In this document: positions 1-64,000 of the stretch, piece after piece | Numbering within the stretch: position 1 is the stretch's first letter | Layout: each line of letters opens with the position of its first letter | The notes under the pieces: generated by a model | Told to the model about the DNA's origin: nothing | What the model saw: the letters and a program-made list of their open reading frames with translations, nothing else | Database searches by the model: none | Source: Octopus vulgaris | Lineage: Eukaryota | DNA: 64,000 nt | Direction of reading: 5' to 3' | Assembly (NCBI GenBank): GCA_951406725.2 | Contig: OX597817.1 | Coordinates: forward strand, 90,086,001 to 90,150,000 | Position numbers and translations under genes: made by a program

Positions 1-255
1 GGTCAACTTCGCCTTTCATCTTTTTGGGGTTGATAAAATAAGTACCAGTTGAACATGGGGTCATTGTAATTGACTTGCCTGCTACCCTGTTGGCCTTGTG
101 CCAAAATTGTAAATCAATTAGATACACTGCTATAGAGGATGGAAAGATTTAGGATAAAATTTAGTCTCATGAGTTGAGACTTATAAACATGTTGCTATGT
201 TAAAAGGAAATATGCACAGGATATTTATTACATTTGCCACCAAAAATTTACTATA

Positions 256-1020
256 TGAGGTGGTATCAAAAAGTTCTAGTAAATAACTTATTTACTTAAG
301 TTTTAACATCATCTCCTTCAAAATAGTCACCTTGCGCAGCAATACACTGGTCCTAGCATTTCTGCCACTTTTGGAATCCGGCTGGAAGCTATTTTCCATT
401 AGCAAGTCAAAGACCTTCTGCGATTCACTCTGGATCTCTATATCAGTGTTAATACAGTGACCTTAGAGCTGCATTTTCATCTTAGGGAAGAGATGGAAGC
501 CTGCAGATGCAAAATCTGGCAAACAGGGTAGGTGCAGAAGTGATACCATGTTGTTTTTGGCAAGAAACTCACAAGTGAGGACAGCTCAGTGACAGGGTGC
601 ATTGTCATCATGAAGAATCCAATTCTTCATGCTCCACAGATCTGGTCACTTATGCCGAATGTCCTCCCTCAACAAAATGTCACAGTAGAACTCTTGATTG
701 ACAGTCTGGCCTAGGGGAATGAATTCTCAGTGCACAATACCACATTTCCAAAGATGACGCTTGTGGTAGGTCTTCCAGGTATGTTCTTCCACTTCTGAAG
801 TGCCCATGCCACTTGAAACATTATGTACGATCCATTGCTTCATCGTTGTAAGCTAGCCAAAGCATGCTCAATGTCTCTGTAGTTTAATGCAAAATTTGAC
901 ATTGGCATTTTGTTCCTATCTATGATGAGTCACTACTAGCTCTCACTATGCACTCCACCATGTGCTGTCATCTGTTGGCAGGCTACAGAACTAGTCTGTA
1001 AACTTTTTGATACCACCTCA
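256..1020 (-). mobile_element. Internally deleted mariner/Tc1 DNA transposon
   Basis: 20-bp TIRs tgaggtggtatcaaaaagtt / aactttttgataccacctca, flanked by TA. Decayed transposase remnant (LHDDNAPCH-like) on the minus strand. Confidence 0.85.
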
Positions 1021-1067
1021 TATTGTAGTGCCTCAATAAAAGCTGGTTAGTTGAAGTCATATTCAAA

Positions 1068-1357
1068 TAATAATAATAATATAATAATGAAATTATTGTG
1101 TATAGTGCTCAGGTACACTACAACTCATCAAAGGTGCATGTACAGTACACAGAATTATGTACAAAAGTCAGTAACGTGAACAGTGTATGAGTCATGATAT
1201 ACATTAATGACATAGATGCCAACTTAAAGAATGTCACAGTGCTGAAATATGCAGCTGACATCAAGCTGTATCATCAGATAAAAAGGACAGAGCCTGAACC
1301 CTTAAGATTTTTCCTGCAATTGGACCTGGACACAATGCAATAATGGATCACAGACTG
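1068..1357. mobile_element. CR1-like LINE fragment with 5' inversion
   Basis: 1068-1202 is the reverse complement of the 3' end and tail of the copy at 9622-11040. 1204-1357 matches its RT region (about 10030-10184) in forward orientation. Confidence 0.8.
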
Positions 1358-1849
1358 GTTTTTGTTACTGCCCACAAAGGACAGATTGGCAATGATTATA
1401 GCATGATCAAAGTTGCTTAAAGGTTCCTCAATAGTAACACTAATAACTGTTTCAGGAGTAGTAGTAAGGAGTAGATCCAAAGTTTTGGCAGAAGATACAC
1501 TGAAGAAGACTTAATTTTTGTTGTAATAAATTGTTCAAGGGAGCATGTTCTGTTGGTGACCTTTGCAGACTAGCTAGGTTGACACCATCCTGTACATCTT
1601 CAGGAAAAACATGTTTTACATGTCATTCAACTTGGCTTTCCCCCAAGTAAGAGAATCTTTTTTTGGTTACCAAAAAAAAAAAAGATCCCTGGACTTTTTC
1701 CACTTTACTACTGTATTTTCACAACAATTCTCTATTGATAATTTGGTTATCTAAGAAACAAAAACTGTCAATTATTTCTTGTAACCTTCTCAGAAGTTGA
1801 AAAAATCTATTTTATAGGTCTTCTTAGCTGATAAACCTGCCAGTGATCT

Positions 1850-2100
1850 CACCACAGCTTGTTATTAGCTCTCCTTAACTTGCTGACTAGATCCCACCAC
1901 ACATGACGAGCATTCTTTAGTTTCCTTAGTGACCAACAGACTATAGAGTGATATCCTGTCAGAGGCTTTCTCCAGGTTAAGGAATGTCAGGTATAGCCAC
2001 TTGTTCTTTGTTAAAAACTTTTGGTATTGTCTCACTAAAAGCCACAAACTCAAACTGCATCTCATCTAAGTTAATTTTCTTTGTAATTATGACCCTTCTC
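1850..2100 (-). mobile_element. Decayed RTE LINE RT fragment
   Basis: Translation (LVRQYQKFLTKNKWLYLTFLNLEKASDR) parallels the RTE ORF at about 26060-26170. Confidence 0.7.
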
Positions 2101-3425
2101 ATAGCATCACTCTAAAGCATATGCTTGTTGTGTAACAGTTGATAATGCTGTTGCTACACTGATCAACTGTAAAATTCAAGCTAATGAAGAAACCTTTATG
2201 ATAGTCGTTCAACCTGCTAGAAGTAGAAGCCTAATCACCATACTCCATAAGATACAACATATTTGATGATATAGACCTTCATATTCGTTAGAAAGACCTG
2301 ATGGTCATGACTGGAATCATAGGCTTGCTTCAACATTTCATATTTCTGATCCTCTCACTGGCAAACCTCATGCGATCAGTTTATTTCCTTGATAGATACA
2401 TCTGATATTAGCCTTCTCTTTTAGTAGCTATATAGTAATGTTTTTTTGCTACTTACCAGGCCTATTTGTTTTTTTTTTAAGTATGCATGGACTGTACCAT
2501 TAAGCTGCTATATCACCCTCTGTTTGGCCTACACCTTCTCTATAAAAGTGTTACTTAGTATATCTTTGAGATTACATACAGTAGAAGTAGCTTTTAATTT
2601 CTCTATTTCCCTTCTCCAGTTTGTCTTACATCTCTGAGATTGTCTACTTCTTATGATGTCACTAATGTTAAGTATTACATTGTTCACCAGGGAAATCTTT
2701 TAATGTTCATACTAGTTTTCTCTTCATTTTTTTTTCTAGCGAGTATGGCTTGTGTATTCATCTGGTCAGCTTTCTAAAACATGGGTTGGAGATGGTGAGA
2801 ACATTTATATCACACAACACCAATCCTTCATCTCTCCTTGTATATTGGCCATATTCTTCATGGTGAAGTCTAATATGTCTATTAAGTCCCTTATCTGAGA
2901 TAATGAAGATGCCATCATATGCCAGAGGGTCTCACAGGAAAATAATCTTTTTCTTAGTGTAAGATGGAAGACTGGGGTGCACATCACAACTGTGAGATGT
3001 AGTGCTGCTCTGTCATAGAAATGTGTCAATGTATGACAGATGTCAGAAATGCAGTGTCTGTGTATGACACTACTGTAAGATGTATCACAAATCGCTGTGA
3101 TGTGTTATCAATCTAAATGGACTAAAATATTTATTGGCAATGTATCATAATGTTTTGATATGTATTTCAAATATAAATTTGCAAAGCATATTGCCATTTG
3201 ATATAAATCTACTGTAATATACTATTGTAAATGTAGTATTAGCTGACACTTTGTGTGTAAATGAATGCATTGAGTAAATATACATACTTAGACAATCAAT
3301 CTCACTGGTTTCTGTCCATAAATACATTGTACGGACATTTATTTTCTTATGTCTGGTGTAATCAATTTACACATGAGCTATGACTGACATGAGGTGTCAG
3401 CCAACTACAGCTATGACACACATTA

Positions 3426-3906
3426 CACTGTGTTAAACGATTTTTGTCTTCAGATCCTTAGAAAGTATAAAAAATGGCAAATATTTCCTTCAAACTTTGC
3501 TTTTGTTACATTTATTCAAACCCCAAAGAATCCCTCCCAACGCATGACTATGATGCTCCCCAACAACACCTGTTCATGATCAGAGATGCACATATAGTCA
3601 GCCACTAAGTGACATGCTCAAGTAGTTAAGGTCAAGCAACTAACAAAAAAATCTGAAATATTAAGCAGAATATTTGCTATAACAATATTTCTGCTTCAGC
3701 AACTCAGCACTGAATCTGTCTGAAACGTAATGGAAAATAGGTTAGTTTCAATATATTTACATCCAGGTTACAAAAGCAAAGTTTGAAGGGAATAATAGTA
3801 ATTTCCTTTGATTTCTAGATAGAAGCAAATAAGAAATAACACTTACTTGACCAAAGACAAAAAAAAAAGACAATAAATAAGTAAATAAAAAATTTGTTGC
3901 ACAGTA
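3426..3906. mobile_element. MITE-like element A, uninterrupted copy
   Basis: Degenerate TIRs cactgtgttaaacgattttt / aaaaatttgttgcacagt; body colinear with 8771-9123 plus 11446-11608. Confidence 0.7.
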
Positions 3907-6900
3907 CTATAGTTCATAATATTGTTCATTAACATGCTGCTTATTCAGTAAATTGATATACCTACCAGTAGAGCGTTATCTATGCAGATTAGATTTTCCA
4001 GTTTAGTGGTGTCATTGATATTAGTGACTGTGTAATATGTACACACACACAATATTTTCCAAGACAAATAACAAGCAACTACATGATGCCTAAAGAGCTT
4101 TTCCAAATAGAACTGAAACTGGTCAGTCTGATTTCCTTTTTCCTACTCAAAAGGGAATTGTATAGATTTGTGTTCACATTTGTTTGATGTATTCAGTTAC
4201 AAACACCATGTCAGCTAATACTGCAATGATAGATATATGCTTATAGTACATTTATATTATCCAAGAACTTGCTGCTTAGTGCAATAATTTCTTTTATCAA
4301 TTTGTGACACAATTCTTGACATGTGTTGTTGCTACTGTATGACTGCTAATCATCAATCTAAAGACAGGCTGTGTAGTTAAGAAGCTTGCTTCACAATAAT
4401 GTGGTTTCAAGTTCAGTCACATTATGCAGTACCTAAGGCAAGTGTCTTCTATTAGATTGCCCTAGATTAACTAAAACCTTGTGAGGGAATTTGGTAAACA
4501 GAAAGTAAAAAAAATGCCTGTTGTTTATATATACATACATGTGTGTTTCCTTGTGCACTAATTGTAAAATATCATATTCATGTCATAGACAGGCATAAAA
4601 GCATTATCATATGTTTGCAATCTTCCACAAAAATCTGTTCGAACTAAAGGAAAATGTTATGTTGCTTGGAAACAGGTGAAGGCTAGAAACAGGTGAAGGT
4701 TGGCAACTGGAAGAACATCCATCTAGCAGTACAAAATCTGTCTTAATTAATTTTATCTGATCCATGCAAGCATGGAAAAGTAGATACTAAAACGATGATA
4801 ATGACAGAACTCTTGTGTTATTGGAACAGAAATAACAAACAACTTAGTTATAACTTTGATATGAAATTGTTTTACTTATATTTGCAAATGTCACACTGAT
4901 CTGATCATAACACATCACTTGTAAATGGTGAGGTAAAGATTGAAACTTTCACAAAACAATTGAAGCCAATCTGTTTCATAACACATTGAAAGTTCAACAA
5001 TACAATTTGGTACTTTGGTATACCATAATGAAAACAACAACAGATAACCTCACATACACATTATACTTTCTCTCTCTCTCTCTCGCACATCTTTTTTTCA
5101 CATGTATTCATCTGTTTAGATATGAAATATAATTTTTCCTTTAATAAAAACAAACAAAAACCCTTATTGCAAAGATTCAAAGAAAGGATTTAAATTAAGG
5201 GTTTTTTTTTCTTTTTGTTTTCATTGTCTTTGGTTAGAATCGATGATTTATCTGGGCAAGGGTTTTGTGTTTCCATGAAAATTTGGGGTTAATTTTTTTT
5301 GTCTTTTTTATTGTACATTCATTTTTAGAATCTGGAAGGTCAAATTTTCAGTTTCAAATATATTCTTCAGTGTAATTCCATTCACTGAAACATACCCCTA
5401 CTACTATTTTTTAATGTTATATCCACCCTACTTGGTACCTAGTACTCAAGTAAGATGGTTTATATTTATACCAGCTGCAAATTGTAGACAGGTTTTGTTA
5501 CCAAGGCGATGTAATTAGTGCTTCAAATGAAGCAAGTGATAGCATAGTGGCTAAGTTGGAAGAGGAATGGAAGAGTTTCAGAGAATTAACAACATTATCA
5601 ACAACAACAATCTCTCTCTAGAAATAAAGGCAGAGGCTATATGAGATGTGAATGACCAAGAATAGTAAACAGAGGGAAATAGCAGCAACTGAAGAGGAAT
5701 AACAAGAGTAATTTTTAACTGAATATGCAATATTTAACTTCAAAGAATGATTGATTGGTTACTGGGTAGCTGAGAATGTATTTGGAACTAAAGACAGTTG
5801 GTGTATCATGTGAATGAATGATCTGTGATAGCAATTTGTGACTGGAAGGTAGCTGTGTCCTGCCCTTCACTAAGGGGGTGCTCTGGACAGCACTGCCCCC
5901 TCACTATTCAATGGTGCTTCTTCAGATTTACAGTGATACACTTATTTTGAAACTCCACTTTAACATTATCACTAATTTGTGATCACCCAGAATATTCTGA
6001 AGCTCCCCAAGGCACCAAAGTCTGGCAACAGGCCTGAGCTGTGAGTTGAAGTATGTGGGTGGGGGGTCAAAAGGAAGACTTGGCAATAAGTATTTAGGAC
6101 ATTATAATTATTTTCTATATTGTCAACCCTTATTTATTGTGCTATGTTTACACTATGTTTGATCTCCAATAACCATCAGGTGTCTTATTCCTGGATGTCT
6201 ACATCATTCCAAACTGGACTGTTTGTGCACCAGTAGCTGAGTGAATAAAGAACATTATTACAATTAGTTTAGAAATAAAGGTTTGTAATTCAAAATCAGT
6301 CTGGTACAATTGATATACCAACAATTAGACATTTGATGAGAACTAGAGATTGAACAAGCCAAACCAAACTATGGACTTAATCTTAATTAAACTTCCAATA
6401 TTTGATGTAGGTTGTTACTAAGATAGATCTGAAATTGTAATCATGCACACCTGAGGCTGGGTCAAGAATGAAGGAAAATAACCCATTCCATCTATCCCAC
6501 CCATGCCAACTACAAGGGGACAAAACCCTCTGATATTAAGAAAACAGACATGACAATGGTTACAGGTAAATAAAAATCATATGATAAAAGTTGTCTTGTA
6601 CACATATATAAGACATAACTTTCTTATTAGTAAGCAAATAAGGAAATGTAGTGGAAGAGAATTTGAACTTTTTAACATAATTCAGAGTCTGGGTATAAAC
6701 TTTGCTTTATGCACTGTCATCTGGGTATAGATTTGAATTTATATGTTGTTATCTGGGAAAAGATCACAATGTATATGTTGTATTCAGAGTACAAATCCAG
6801 ATTTATCAGTTATAGGAAACTAATCCATTCATAATCTGATTTGGATCCCATGAAACTGTTTCAAACTTGAAGCTTACTAAAAAAAATTACTGGAAAAATT

Positions 6901-8210
6901 ATTATAAATTTGATTTGTTTTCTATTTTAAGGAAGAAAAGAAGGATTTCATATGATTTATAGAGGGGCCGTGATAGATATAACAGCATATATAAAACATT
7001 GAGGGAAAGTGTTAAAAAAGGCTAACAAACAACTGACTACGGCAGACTTACAACAACAATTGTTGTTGTTGTTGGCAATAGTGGTGAATAGCAATATTGG
7101 TCATACTGTTGACAAGGATGTCCCTAATTATAGACTTTGGAGCAACATCTGTAGTTTATAAGGGGTTTATAATATTGAATTCAACTTCAAGCACTTGGCC
7201 AGTTTCTAGCAATAGCTGACCATCATATATTGTGGTAATTTTACTACATAAAATATGTGGTCCCCATTTAAGGATGAAATATAACAGGAGTCATCTTTCC
7301 CTGAAGTCACATTGCACATTCTGTTGTGTAGTAGTATATAGAGCTGTGTGAAACAGTGGTGTGTCTGTATAGTGTTGGTTAATGTGAGGTGTGAATCAGT
7401 GGCCTATCGGTCATGTGAAACAGTGGTTAATGTAGTAGTGTATATCTGTGGTATCAGTGGTGTGTCTGATATTGGTTAACATACCAGCACCTGATACACC
7501 ATTGGAAGTATGTCTGTAGTGTTAGTTAATGTAGTGCAAAACATTTCAATAAACACTGATAATATGAGAGAGAACTCTATAACCAATGCCAAAACTAATT
7601 TACAGGAATCCAATTAACAAAAACAATTACATAGCCTTGCATGAATTGAGTAATTATAAAAAAATACTAGAATGAACATATTCCCATAGATTCGTCGACC
7701 CTGACATATTTGGTTGTAAACTTTAAAAGATCCATGAAGTGAATGGCTTACAAGAGACATTGATTGGTCAAAAAATAGCCATATGATGACCAGCTTTATG
7801 TCACTGGGTTCACTATAGAGTTGTCAGACTTTTAGTGCCTAACACAGTGTAGCATTTTTGTCTCACAGATAAAAAATATAGTTACATTCTCTTTTCACAT
7901 ACGTATCACTGTTGTTTCATGATATGAACTGTTATTTCTGTGGAATGAAGTGGTAAAGTCAATTAAATATTTGCCGATATCAAGAAAATGGCATTTTTTG
8001 ATTCAAGCTTTCAATCTTAATCTTTCACAGAAGAAAGCACCTCCACTGAAAACTGTTGCATATAGGAGATTCACTTTGATTTCTCTGGAATTCAAATTGG
8101 TTTCTTTGCATTCTTTCTTTCTTTCTCTCTCTCTCTCTCTGATTCCTAAAACCATATTAATATCTAGAAAGATGTTTGTAGAGAAAATGCAGAAAATTTT
8201 CTGTTACTGG

Positions 8211-8216
8211 TTTATT
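8211..8216 (-). promoter_or_regulatory. Candidate proximal polyadenylation signal (AATAAA) for Epac
   Basis: AATAAA on the minus strand about 340 nt after the stop. Further candidates lie downstream, so the true 3' end is uncertain. Confidence 0.3.
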
Positions 8217-8264
8217 TCTTTCCTGTGTCACCAGATATCAGTGAGCTTGTCGTTGTGAAGTTGA

Positions 8265-8525
8265 GATATCCAGTCATCTGTGGTAGAAATCAGGAACCAT
8301 GAAGTTAAGATATCCTGTCATCTGTGAGAGAAATTCAGGAACTGCGGAGTTATGATATCCAGTCAACTGTGGTAGAAACCAAGAACCATGAAGTTAAGAT
8401 ATCCAGTCCTCTGTGGTAGAAACCAGGAACCATGAAATTGGGATGTCCAGTTGTCTGTGGTAGAAATTTATAAACTGTAAAGATAAGATAGTTAGTCATC
8501 TGTGATTGAAATTCAGAAGTTCTCT
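8265..8525. repeat. 44-45 bp tandem repeat, about 6 copies, in the proximal Epac 3' UTR
   Basis: Units resembling gatatccagtcatctgtggtagaaaccaggaaccatgaagttaa start at 8265, 8309, 8354, 8398, 8442 and 8487. Confidence 0.9.
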
Positions 8526-8555
8526 GCAGATTGAATCACTTCAGTTTAACCAATG

Positions 8556-60809
<52,254 letters not shown>

Positions 60810-60943
60810 CTGAAATAAAACAAAGAGGAACACAAAACATTAACAGGATACTTTCATATAACTTTGGAATTTTCATTGAAAATATTTCAACTGATGACAA
60901 AAAATGTCCTCTCTCCCCAGCCATATATTATTGTTATTATTTT

Positions 60944-60978
<35 letters not shown>

Positions 60979-60989
60979 TCATTATTGTT

Positions 60990-61419
60990 ATCAAGATGGT
61001 GAACTGATACAATCATTAGCATGCAGGGCATTTCATCTGTCTTTACATTCTGGGTTCAAACTCCACCAAGGTTGACTTTGCCTCTCATCCTCTTTGGGTT
61101 AATAAAATAAGTACAGTTGAAAACTGAGGTCAATGTAATTGATTTATCCCTTCCCTGAAATTGCTGACCTTGTGCCAAAATTTGAAATCATTATTATCAT
61201 TATTAAGGCAGTGAGCTGGCAGAATTTTTACCACACAGGACAAAATACCCAGTGGAATTTCGTTCAGCTCTTTATGTTCTAAGTTCAAATTCCACTGAGA
61301 TTGACTTAGCCTTTCATCCCTTCAGGGTCAATGAAATACGTACCAGTTAAGCATTGGGATAGATATGATTAACTATCCCCTTCCCTCAAACCTCAGGCCT
61401 AGTGCCTATAGTAGAAAGG

Positions 61420-61490
<71 letters not shown>

Positions 61491-62025
61491 GGCAGCAAAA
61501 TGGCAAAATTACCATGTCAGAAAAATAAGGCCTTGTGGCATTTTTTCTGATTTTATGTTCTGAGTTCAAATGCTGCCAGGGGTGACTTTGCCTTTCATCG
61601 TTTCAGGATCAATAAAATAAGTACCAGTTGAGCACTGAGGTGGATGTAATCAACTTACTCCTTTCCCTGAAATTGCTGGCCTCGTGCCAAATTTTGAAAC
61701 CAAGAATGATCTGGCAGAATTGTTAGCATGTTGGACAAAATGTTCAGCAACATTTCATCCACCTTTATGTTTTGAGTTCAAATTGTGCTGAGGGTCATTT
61801 TGCCTTTCATACTCCTGGAGTCAGTAAAATAAATACCAGTTGAGCAGTGAGGATGATATAATTGATCAGCCCTCTTTTCCAAAATTTCAGGCCTTGTACC
61901 TATGGTAGAAAGCATTATTATTATTATTGTCGCTGGTGGTGATGTTGTTCTGAGTTCAGATTTGACCAAGGTCGACTTTACCTTTCATTATTTTGGAGTC
62001 ATTAAAATAAGTATCAGTTGAGCAC
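60990..62025 (+). mobile_element. Tandem Nin-type SINE array
   Basis: About 5 head-to-tail units with (ATT)n spacers. Confidence 0.85.
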
Positions 62026-62026
62026 T

Positions 62027-63162
62027 GGTGCTGAAAAGTTCATAAGCTGACCAAGATACTCTTAGCAAATGAGCTTTAATTTTCAACATAATCCCCCTTG
62101 TGGTCCACAGACTTCTTCCATCAGTGTTGCAATACCTGGATCCCATTGGTGAAGAAGCTTTCATCCTATTGGTCAAAAAATTCATCAATAGCAGAAAGGA
62201 TGTCATCATCAAGTGTTTTTGTATGTTGGGGAACAAACGATAGTCAGATGGGGCCAAATCAGGAGAATAGGGAGGGTGATCGACCAGCTCAAAGCCACAG
62301 TCATGCACAGCAGTCATTGAAAACAAGGATTTGCATACTGGAGCATTGTCCTGATGAAACAAGGTCCCTTTCATCAGTTTTTCGGGGCATTTGGTCTTGA
62401 TAGCCTTTCATAGCTACCACAGTAAGTTGGCATAATCTCTATTGATGGTGCGGCTCTTATGAAGAGAGTCAATAAAAAAAATAACATTTGCATCATCCCT
62501 TAATGTAGCAACCATGTCAACATGAATGTCCTTAGGGGTTAAACCCGTTTTCTGCAGGTACTTGATAACATCACAATACCAAATTTTGTTGATTTTCAAG
62601 AGAAGTAGCTGCTAGTTACTTTTGAAGACTTCTTTAAACAGTCAATTTACCTAGATTACCTGGAAATAAACAACACTATTATTAATAAGAAGGTCATCAT
62701 TTTCCCTGTAGATGAAACAGCCTCTGCTTTGTTTGAAGCAGGTGAGGAGGGGTGTTTCTACTGAAGAAACCTTCATCATGCCAAGTTCATTGTGCAGAAT
62801 ATTCTCAACTCTCTCATCAAATATGCTAGCAACATTGGCTATTTGATTTATAGTCAATCGCCTGCAGTTGAAGGACATCCAGATGTTGGGTCATCTTCAA
62901 GACTCTCCCTTCCTCTACTAAATTCAGCTATCCACTTTTGCATTGTTGATAAAGCTGGAGCATCATCCCTTAATGTAGCAACCATGTCAACATGAATGTC
63001 CTTGAGGGTTAAACCCTTTTTCTGCAGGTACTTGATAACACCACAATACCAAATTTTGTTGATTTTCAAAATAAGAAGAGTTGAAAAGAATGCCTGAAAG
63101 AATTTACAATTCTAACATCAACTCCTTCATAGTCAGCTTATGAACTTTTCAGCTAACCCTCA
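62027..63162 (-). mobile_element. Rearranged mariner transposon
   Basis: TIR-like gctgaaaagttcataagctgac / gtcagcttatgaacttttcagc; motifs FHQDNAP, HPPYSPDLAPSDY and an N-terminal HTH region present twice. Confidence 0.88.
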
Positions 63163-64000
63163 TAATTCTGCTGGCTTAAGTTACTTTATCCAAGGCCATT
63201 TTAGCAGCATTATAGGACTCCAGGCAAATCACTGCACCATACTCTATAATATTTATTTATTGATAGCAAGCCAGAGCACAGATAGATCAGAACTGGATCC
63301 TGAGGCTCCTGAGCCCAGTGTTGTATGCCTTTAGTGGAATGACCTCTATTGTTATATACTGTGTCAAGTCTAATTCACTCTAGTGGAGTCCATGTATGTT
63401 CATATAGTGTGTTGAGGCTTATTTAGTTTGATGAAGTCCACATGTAGTGTGTTGAAAGCTATTTAGCTTGGTGGAGTGGGGCCAAACAATATTCTTGTAA
63501 TGAATTTAGAGTACTTCAACTAGATTGAGTTCAACCCTCTTTATGTGGTGAGTTTTGTCCAATTGAAATTGGTTGAGACCAGTAAACTAGGTTGAATCAA
63601 TCCATCTTAATGAAGTGTGTTGAATCCAATTCAGTTAGTTGGAGACCAAACCATCTTTATGGAGTGTATTCAGTCCAATTCTACTAGCATTACTTACTTG
63701 TTGCTTTACAGAAACACCACGTATGTTATAAGCCCATAAAGGAGCTTCTATATCATTGCTCAACCCTCCAGAAAAAACAACTAAATCTCTTTCAAATTAC
63801 ACCCTGTCTATTTTAAAAAGAAATGAAAGGGAAGTTTAGACAATATAATCCTAGACATTCCTCAAACTATATAGCAGTTATACTAGAATGCCCTATCTCT
63901 TGGGAGAAGTCATTCAGGGCTTAACAACTTATTTCTTCATGTTCTAAAGCAGGCTGTTTGTGTAAATATAGGAAATGTCTGTGAAAGTGAATAACATGTG

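Noticed and set aside
8265-8525. CRISPR-like regular repeat spacing (also 39148-39322)
   Set aside because: Contiguous tandem units without unique spacers, in a eukaryotic context with no cas genes.
62651-62760. Possible upstream Epac exon (AG…GT bounded)
   Set aside because: It does not encode the expected WYIILKGSVNV-type segment and lies inside the mariner; the upstream exon is presumably beyond 64000.

Overview
AT-rich, microsatellite- and SINE-dense animal DNA. The repeat landscape (tRNA-headed Nin- and CORE-type SINEs, an RTE LINE with an (ATG)n tail) suggests an octopus or other coleoid cephalopod; this is an inference. The window holds the 3' part of one minus-strand gene, Epac (RAPGEF4-like cAMP-regulated Rap GEF). 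I rebuilt 18 phase-consistent coding exons (60809 down to the stop at 8556; 1830 nt, 609 aa) covering the end of the cAMP-binding domain and the REM, RA and CDC25 domains. The 5' exons lie beyond the window. One intron (49307-51080) is a minor-spliceosome U12 AT-AC intron. The introns hold a near-intact RTE LINE, CR1 and R4/Dong-like LINE relics, mariner, Helitron-like and MITE elements, and Penelope-like fragments. At least four type I hammerhead ribozyme motifs are recognisable, three in the sense of the Epac pre-mRNA, and one is half-covered by a perfect 133-bp inverted repeat. There is also a candidate internal ATG-bearing exon that would give a cAMP-independent Epac. Most short ORFs in the supplied track are microsatellite or TE noise.
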